A stretch of 64,000 bases of DNA, taken from the IMG/VR virus record IMGVR_UViG_3300007539_000015; one strand, 5' to 3'. The DNA is from an uncultured virus (IMG/VR IMGVR_UViG_3300007539_000015) (taxonomy: Duplodnaviria > Heunggongvirae > Uroviricota > Caudoviricetes). Below, in pieces: positions 58,818 to 64,000 of the stretch; the first letter of the stretch is position 1, and the number at the start of each line of letters is the position of its first letter. Made by a program: the position numbers and the translations under genes. Under the pieces are notes generated by a model. The model was not told the DNA's origin and searched no databases. It saw only the letters and a program-made list of their open reading frames with translations.

Positions 58818-60592
58818 TTAAATTAAAAGATCTTACAGTAAAAAATTTTATGAGTGTGGGTAATGTTACCCAAGCAGTTGATTTCCAAGAGGATCAACTC
58901 ACTCTAGTGCTTGGTGAAAATTTAGATCAAGGAGGTGACGACACTGGATCACGAAACGGAACAGGCAAAACTACAATAATCAATGGATTATCTTACGCCT
59001 TGTTCGGCCAAGCACTAACAAATATCAAGCGTAACAACTTGATAAACAAAACCAACAGCAAGGGCATGTTGGTTACACTAAACTTTGAAAAAGGTGGTAA
59101 CAAATACCGCATTGAACGTGGTAGATCACCTAACATACTAAAGTTTTACGTAAACGACAGTGAACAACTTGATGAATTAGAAGATAACAGTCAAGGCGAC
59201 AGTAGAAAAACACAAGAAACTATCAATGACTTGTTGGATATGAGTCATGATATGTTCAAACACATTGTTGCACTTAATACATACACAGAACCTTTCCTAA
59301 GTATGCGAGCAAATGACCAAAGAGCTATTATTGAACAGCTACTTGGTATTACAATACTTACAGAAAAGGCAAATTTATTAAAAGACAGTATCAGATTAAC
59401 AAAAGATACTATTACAGAAGAAACATTAAAGATAGAAGCTATACAAAAAGCCAACGAAGGCATTGAAAACACTATTAACAATCTAAAACAAACGCAACGT
59501 GCATGGAAAGCCAAGCATAATACCGATATTGAACGTTTAGAGTCTGCTATTATAGAGCTAGAACAACTAGATATTGATGCAGAATTAGATAGTCATGAAA
59601 AATTGCAAAATTGGACTGAGTTAAACGCTGCAATTGCTGCACTTAACAAAGAAAAAGCCACATTAGAAAGTGCTCTAATGAGAGCAAACAAAAGTGTAGA
59701 TAACGCAACCAAGGATATTGCAGAACTTGACGATGCTACTTGTTATACATGTGGACAAGCACTACATGAAGACAAAAAAGCAGAGATTCTTGCAACTAAA
59801 AGCAAAGATTTGCAAGATTCTATGGCATATCAGACAGAAGTTGCTGGAAAATTAGATGATGTTGTTAAAGGTCTTAACAAAATTGGTGATATCAACGGTC
59901 GTCCTACAACATTTTATGAAACTGTAAAAGAAGCATATGAACATAGAAACAATGTAGATAATTTGAAGAAATCTTTGCTAAGTAAACAGCAAGAAGAAGA
60001 TCCTTACCAGGCACAAATTAACGATTTAACCAATACAGCATTACAAGAGATCAATTGGGCACCTATTAACGAACTAAACAATGTAAAAGAGCATCAAGAC
60101 TTCTTGTTGAAGTTACTTACAAACAAAGATTCGTTTATTAGAAAGAAGATTATTGATCAAAACTTAGCATATCTAAACAATAGGCTAACTTACTACTTAG
60201 ATAAAATAGGCTTACCGCATCAAGTTGTGTTCCAAAATGATTTAAACGTAGAAATTACACAGCTAGGACAGGATTTAGACTTTGATAACTTGTCACGTGG
60301 CGAACGTAACAGGCTAATACTCGGTCTTTCCTTTGCATTCCGCGATGTTTGGGAAAGTTTATATCAAGGCATTAACTTGTTGTTCATTGACGAGCTTATT
60401 GATAGCGGAATGGACACAGCAGGCGTAGAAAACAGCATAGGCATACTGAAAAAGATGACTAGAGAACGTGATAAGAACGTTTTCTTGATTAGTCACAAGG
60501 ATGAACTAGTAGGCAGAGTGAATAATGTATTAAGAGTTGTTAAAGAAAACGGCTTTACAAGTTATGCAACAGATATTGACATAGTAGATTGA
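58814..60592 (+). CDS. Recombination ATPase subunit, gp46/Rad50/SbcC-like
   Basis: KNFMS, Walker A NGTGKT, coiled coil with CYTC zinc hook, LSRGE signature, Walker B LFIDE, ISH. Confidence 0.92.
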   Translation: MIKLKDLTVKNFMSVGNVTQAVDFQEDQLTLVLGENLDQGGDDTGSRNGTGKTTIINGLSYALFGQALTNIKRNNLINKTNSKGMLVTLNFEKGGNKYRIERGRSPNILKFYVNDSEQLDELEDNSQGDSRKTQETINDLLDMSHDMFKHIVALNTYTEPFLSMRANDQRAIIEQLLGITILTEKANLLKDSIRLTKDTITEETLKIEAIQKANEGIENTINNLKQTQRAWKAKHNTDIERLESAIIELEQLDIDAELDSHEKLQNWTELNAAIAALNKEKATLESALMRANKSVDNATKDIAELDDATCYTCGQALHEDKKAEILATKSKDLQDSMAYQTEVAGKLDDVVKGLNKIGDINGRPTTFYETVKEAYEHRNNVDNLKKSLLSKQQEEDPYQAQINDLTNTALQEINWAPINELNNVKEHQDFLLKLLTNKDSFIRKKIIDQNLAYLNNRLTYYLDKIGLPHQVVFQNDLNVEITQLGQDLDFDNLSRGERNRLILGLSFAFRDVWESLYQGINLLFIDELIDSGMDTAGVENSIGILKKMTRERDKNVFLISHKDELVGRVNNVLRVVKENGFTSYATDIDIVD

Positions 60593-60834
60593 TGGATTCG
60601 GATACACACGATAAAATAATACTTGCTGTGCTTGAATATTTTGAACTAAACGAAATATTCAACCATCGTCCTGCAGAATTAAAACGCAGGAAGGTGCGTA
60701 AAAAGCTATCTGAACTACGCAATCTATGCAATGTTAGGCGAGAAGAAATACTACAAGAACATATTAGGCATGTAAAAGACGGCAGAGCAAAAAATAATCC
60801 AGAAAAGGCACGAGAAGCAAAGACAAACAAGTAA
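60592..60834 (+). CDS. Small basic hypothetical protein
   Basis: The ATG overlaps the gp46-like stop (TGATG); R/K-rich, ~80 aa. Confidence 0.6.
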   Translation: MDSDTHDKIILAVLEYFELNEIFNHRPAELKRRKVRKKLSELRNLCNVRREEILQEHIRHVKDGRAKNNPEKAREAKTNK

Positions 60835-60841
60835 CTATTAT

Positions 60842-61276
60842 ATGAATTGGACTTACAAAGGTAAAGAAATAACCGAAATATCGGATGAATATGAAGGATT
60901 CGTTTACCTTATAACCAATTTAACAGACAATCGCAAATATGTAGGCAAAAAACTAGCTAAATTTAAAACAACCAAGCCACCTCTAAAAGGCAAAAAGAAC
61001 AAACGCAGAGGTCACAAAGAATCAGATTGGCGAGACTATTGGGGATCATCAGATAAACTAATAGCAGACGTAGAAAAATTAGGCGAAAACAAATTCACTA
61101 GAGAAATACTTTACTTTTGTAAATCTAGAGGCGAAATGTCATACTTAGAGGCACGAGAACAATTTGAACGTAGAGTTTTAGAAACAGATGAATACTACAA
61201 TGGTATTATAAACGTTCGAGTTGGTGGTTCAAAAATACTTAGAGAAAATTTAAAGGCACATCAGGACACTGTTTGA
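60842..61276 (+). CDS. GIY-YIG-like nuclease domain protein
   Basis: GFVYLITN..NRKYVGKK, Y.GSS, F.REIL, a conserved E and YYN; single domain, 144 aa. Confidence 0.72.
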   Translation: MNWTYKGKEITEISDEYEGFVYLITNLTDNRKYVGKKLAKFKTTKPPLKGKKNKRRGHKESDWRDYWGSSDKLIADVEKLGENKFTREILYFCKSRGEMSYLEAREQFERRVLETDEYYNGIINVRVGGSKILRENLKAHQDTV

Positions 61277-61625
61277 TCGGAATTGTTCGATCCACCTTGA
61301 GCTTCACGTAACCACGTGATCAGATACTGGTGAAGTCCAACAGGCTGTATGCTACGAAAACCCCTTAGCACTAGGAACGAAGCGGGGGATAGCGCATTTT
61401 GCGTGATGTCGACGTAGGTTGGGAAAGGTCAGAGCCCAGTAGCATAGTCAAATACCTACTTCCGATCTCGGCCATGCTACTCGTATGAAGCTTTGAGAAG
61501 ATGGAACCGCTAGTAGGTTCCGTCTGACCAATTAATCTGTATGAAACTACAGTGCTTCGCACTTAAGATAAACAAATATGTGTTGAGTGACAACGAAAAC
61601 ACAGATGAACGTAGTTCATCTTAAT
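61275..61625 (+). ncRNA. Candidate structured non-coding element (RNA or ssDNA), family unknown
   Basis: Intergenic, GC-richer than its flanks, with many hairpins and long-range complementary segments (see findings). Strand assumed from the flanking genes. Confidence 0.55.
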
Positions 61626-61640
61626 AGTAGTAAATATAAT

Positions 61641-62126
61641 ATGGCAACAGAATTAGTAAGAAATATTGTAAAAAAAGCAAATACTCCACAAATGTGTTGG
61701 AGAACACCTAATAGTGGACAGTGTGGTAAGTGTGAACGCAATTGGGCAAGTGATGAAGAAGATGGCGTGTTTCATATTGATGAAAAAGATTTAAACATAC
61801 TCCTTGATATGCTTAAAGGATATGAATATGAAACTATCACTCGTAAAAAAGAGATAAAAAATATATACAAAGAAAGTTGGACATTGCCAGTTGGTAGAGT
61901 TACTAGTGACACTAGTAGATTGCCACGAATTGTTTTGCTGTTAGAGTCAACTTTAGGTAATGCTGTGATAACAGGTAAAGTTATTCAAGCAGCAAACACA
62001 TTGAGTTGGAGCAGCACCTGTGAAATACGTGATAAAATTATTCTTGGATTAGGTTTCAAGGATAGAGGTGGCAAAGAAGTGTTTGCTGATGAAAAGTTAA
62101 AACAAATATATGCAGAAGATAAATAA
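61641..62126 (+). CDS. Hypothetical protein
   Basis: Start reassigned to ATG 61641 (TAAATA-N4-ATG); contains Cys residues including CGKC. Confidence 0.6.
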   Translation: MATELVRNIVKKANTPQMCWRTPNSGQCGKCERNWASDEEDGVFHIDEKDLNILLDMLKGYEYETITRKKEIKNIYKESWTLPVGRVTSDTSRLPRIVLLLESTLGNAVITGKVIQAANTLSWSSTCEIRDKIILGLGFKDRGGKEVFADEKLKQIYAEDK

Positions 62127-62146
62127 TTTATATTAAGGAAACTCTC

Positions 62147-62824
62147 ATGAAAGTATTTCAAGTTATTGCAGAACAAAATGAATTAGATGAAATTGGATTA
62201 AATCCGTTTGGAAAACTTGCTCGTCAACAACGTGCAGCAAATAAAGCTGGCAAACAAAGTATAAAAGACGAAGTAAATCAATTGCGTATTGAGTTTAACG
62301 CATTTCTTAAAACAAGCAAGCAGCCTGCAACTGCTGGCACACTGTTAAATTACTTGAAGCAAAAAGGTTACGGAGCAGAAGCAGCAGCTATTATTAAAGC
62401 ACTACCAAGCAAAGGCAGCAAGATGAGAGCAAAAGCTGCTGCACAGGATAAAAAAGCAGCAGCACAAGCAGCAGCACAAAAGACAGCAGCTGGTCAAGCA
62501 GCAGCCGCAGCTGGTTTAGGCAATCAAGGAAGTGCAGCAAGCATTAACAAGATGCCAGCTGATCAACAGAAGATTGCAAGACTAGCAGCAAGTCAATACG
62601 ATGAAGCAGCAGCAGGCGATGTATTAAGCGGCGGACAAATCAAAAGTGTTATTGACCAAGTTGTAAGAAAAGGCTTTACTAGCAAAGCAGGATATTCAAA
62701 AGGTAAATTTGCTGGTGACGAACCACCTGCAACATTTAAGTCTGCTCAGGGTGCACCAGGTGATGCAACACAAAAAGCAATTGCACTTTTGAAAAAAGCA
62801 GGTTACACTGTAACTAAAGATTAA
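62147..62824 (+). CDS. Ala/Lys-rich protein, possibly a head internal protein
   Basis: TAAATA and AAGGA upstream; N-terminal VIAE..ELDE resembles T4 prohead-protease [IL]xE sites; basic, Ala-rich body. Confidence 0.5.
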   Translation: MKVFQVIAEQNELDEIGLNPFGKLARQQRAANKAGKQSIKDEVNQLRIEFNAFLKTSKQPATAGTLLNYLKQKGYGAEAAAIIKALPSKGSKMRAKAAAQDKKAAAQAAAQKTAAGQAAAAAGLGNQGSAASINKMPADQQKIARLAASQYDEAAAGDVLSGGQIKSVIDQVVRKGFTSKAGYSKGKFAGDEPPATFKSAQGAPGDATQKAIALLKKAGYTVTKD

Positions 62825-63039
62825 AAAAACGGCTGTTGTGTTTTCTTAGCAACTTCTAAATTATCTTCGGCAAGTTTAGCTATAACTTCTCTGTCCTCTG
62901 GAGACAGCATAAAAGCATCATCATAACTCAAACCACCACGCATGTGCCAAACCATTTTGGCTAAATCGTAGCGGAGTTGTTTAATTTCTTCTTCTTGGAC
63001 CTTGACCTCTTGTAATATTTTCTCCACCGGGAGAGCCAA
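62821..63039 (-). CDS. gp51-like baseplate/tail assembly chaperone; possibly made as a -1 frameshift extension of the upstream gene
   Basis: W.MRGGLSY.DA..LS..DRE motif, weak TTG start, and a frame that stays open back to the slippery site in the upstream gene. Confidence 0.6.
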   Translation of the reverse strand: MALPVEKILQEVKVQEEEIKQLRYDLAKMVWHMRGGLSYDDAFMLSPEDREVIAKLAEDNLEVAKKTQQPFF

Positions 63040-63044
63040 GATCC

Positions 63045-63899
63045 TTATGCGAAAAAATTTGAAGCGTCAAAGTTAATAGGCACTTCAAATGTTTCAGGAG
63101 CGCCAGTTGCTCTATCCTCTTCTGTTGTGACAATTTTTCTTGGTTTTACAGCAAATTTTTTGCGTTGATTATCAACATGGTCAAGCAGTGACTTGTAAAA
63201 TTCAACAGGTGCGTTCTGTAAAAACTCCATGATGTGATTTTTATCAGTTACAGTTTGATCACCTACTGTGATGCTTACAACACTTGAATACACACTTGTT
63301 AGATTCATTTCTGTGAGTCTTGAGAATGTTTCATTAAACTGAGATAGTTTTTCTACTTCACTCAATTTTTCGTCATCAACAATACGAAGAATACGCTGTT
63401 CTTCAAATGTTTTGAGTGCAACATCTGTAAACTGTCTATAGTTCATTGGTTGTGTTTCTACTTTAAACTCGTTGTGTTCAAAGATTGGATCATAAGTTTG
63501 ACTGTTAAGTTCGTCTAGTAATTCAACTAAGTTTGTTTCAAAGCTACGCTCTTCTGCTGTGCCTGGAATAGTTATATCCATAGTTAACATTTCACCATAA
63601 GTTGCAATACGAATTGCTGTAAGCAGTGCATCAAGATCAATACTTGGCACCATCCATGCGTTCTTGATAGCAGGCACACAGTTTTGAATCACATTGACTG
63701 TGCTTTGTCCGTTGAGCAATGCATCAGGCGTTTTGATCATGATTTCGTCTTTTGCCGTCATAGGATAAACTGCATATTGATTGTTTTCTGTTTTTTCTAG
63801 CGATCCAGGTGCATAGAACAACCCTTTACTAGGTAAATCGATAAACAATTTGGGCTGACGAAAATGTTTCATCAGCGGATTTGCTGTTATTTCGCTCAT
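63045..63899 (-). CDS. Baseplate hub assembly protein, T4 gp26-like
   Basis: NPL..HFRQPK..I.LPS.G, PMTAKDE...K.PDALLNG, D.DALL.AIRIATYGE, ending NFF. Confidence 0.75.
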   Translation of the reverse strand: MSEITANPLMKHFRQPKLFIDLPSKGLFYAPGSLEKTENNQYAVYPMTAKDEIMIKTPDALLNGQSTVNVIQNCVPAIKNAWMVPSIDLDALLTAIRIATYGEMLTMDITIPGTAEERSFETNLVELLDELNSQTYDPIFEHNEFKVETQPMNYRQFTDVALKTFEEQRILRIVDDEKLSEVEKLSQFNETFSRLTEMNLTSVYSSVVSITVGDQTVTDKNHIMEFLQNAPVEFYKSLLDHVDNQRKKFAVKPRKIVTTEEDRATGAPETFEVPINFDASNFFA

Positions 63900-64000
63900 A
63901 TTTTTCTCCGGATAAATAACTTATACAGTATATACCATATTTAATTAAGTGCGTAGTTAATTTAGGAATCAAAAGTGACTGATACAGATATTCGTAATGT

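Noticed and set aside
61371..61562. 63-aa minus-strand ORF within the structured intergenic region
   Set aside because: No RBS or motif; the region is better explained by base-paired structure.
61275..61625. Group I intron, tmRNA, RNase P or tRNA identity for the structured element
   Set aside because: Only vague partial resemblances (e.g. GTCAGAG, CATAGTC). I found no interrupted host gene, no tRNA-like acceptor/T-arm and no convincing conserved core. An Infernal search is needed to exclude these formally.
61587..61640. Upstream GTG start for the 61587-62126 ORF
   Set aside because: The extension runs through hairpins; ATG 61641 fits the TAAATA-N4-ATG pattern seen at other genes.
1..64000. 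CRISPR array, tRNA genes, IS/transposase, integrase, alternative genetic code
   Set aside because: No regularly spaced direct repeats, cloverleafs or transposase/integrase motifs were seen. Genes tile densely in the standard code, with TAA, TAG and TGA all used as stops.
63975..64000. Possible start of a divergent plus-strand gene (GTG at 63975 after AGGA), perhaps a tape-measure gene
   Set aside because: Only 8 codons are visible at the window edge, too little to support a call.

Overview
This window looks like part of an AT-rich, large T4-like (myovirus-type) phage genome, with three blocks. (1) ~0.7-23.1 kb is a dense enzyme cluster: 8 radical SAM proteins, about 6 glycosyltransferase-like proteins, 4 SGNH-fold proteins, an NDP-sugar epimerase/dehydratase, a compact DegT-type aminotransferase, an amidinotransferase and a methyltransferase. 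It has its own consensus sigma70 promoter and sits directly downstream of the tail-fibre genes. (2) ~23.2-56.9 kb is a minus-strand tail fibre/baseplate module: three paralogous fibres, a 4583-aa baseplate protein, gp6-, gp25-, gp5-, hub-, gp53- and gp48/54-like genes, and a CHAP/NlpC-like peptidase. (3) ~56.9-64 kb holds a gp55-like late sigma factor, gp47/gp46, a GIY-YIG-like protein followed by a ~350-nt highly structured non-coding element, and a gp26/gp51-like pair joined by a candidate -1 frameshift site. The best candidates for new biology are the radical-SAM/glycosylation cluster (possibly making an amino- or guanidino-sugar modification), the structured element next to the GIY-YIG gene, the frameshift, leaderless TAAATA-N4-ATG genes and an intergenic AACTACGYA motif. 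All product calls come from recognising motifs by eye; no database searches were run.
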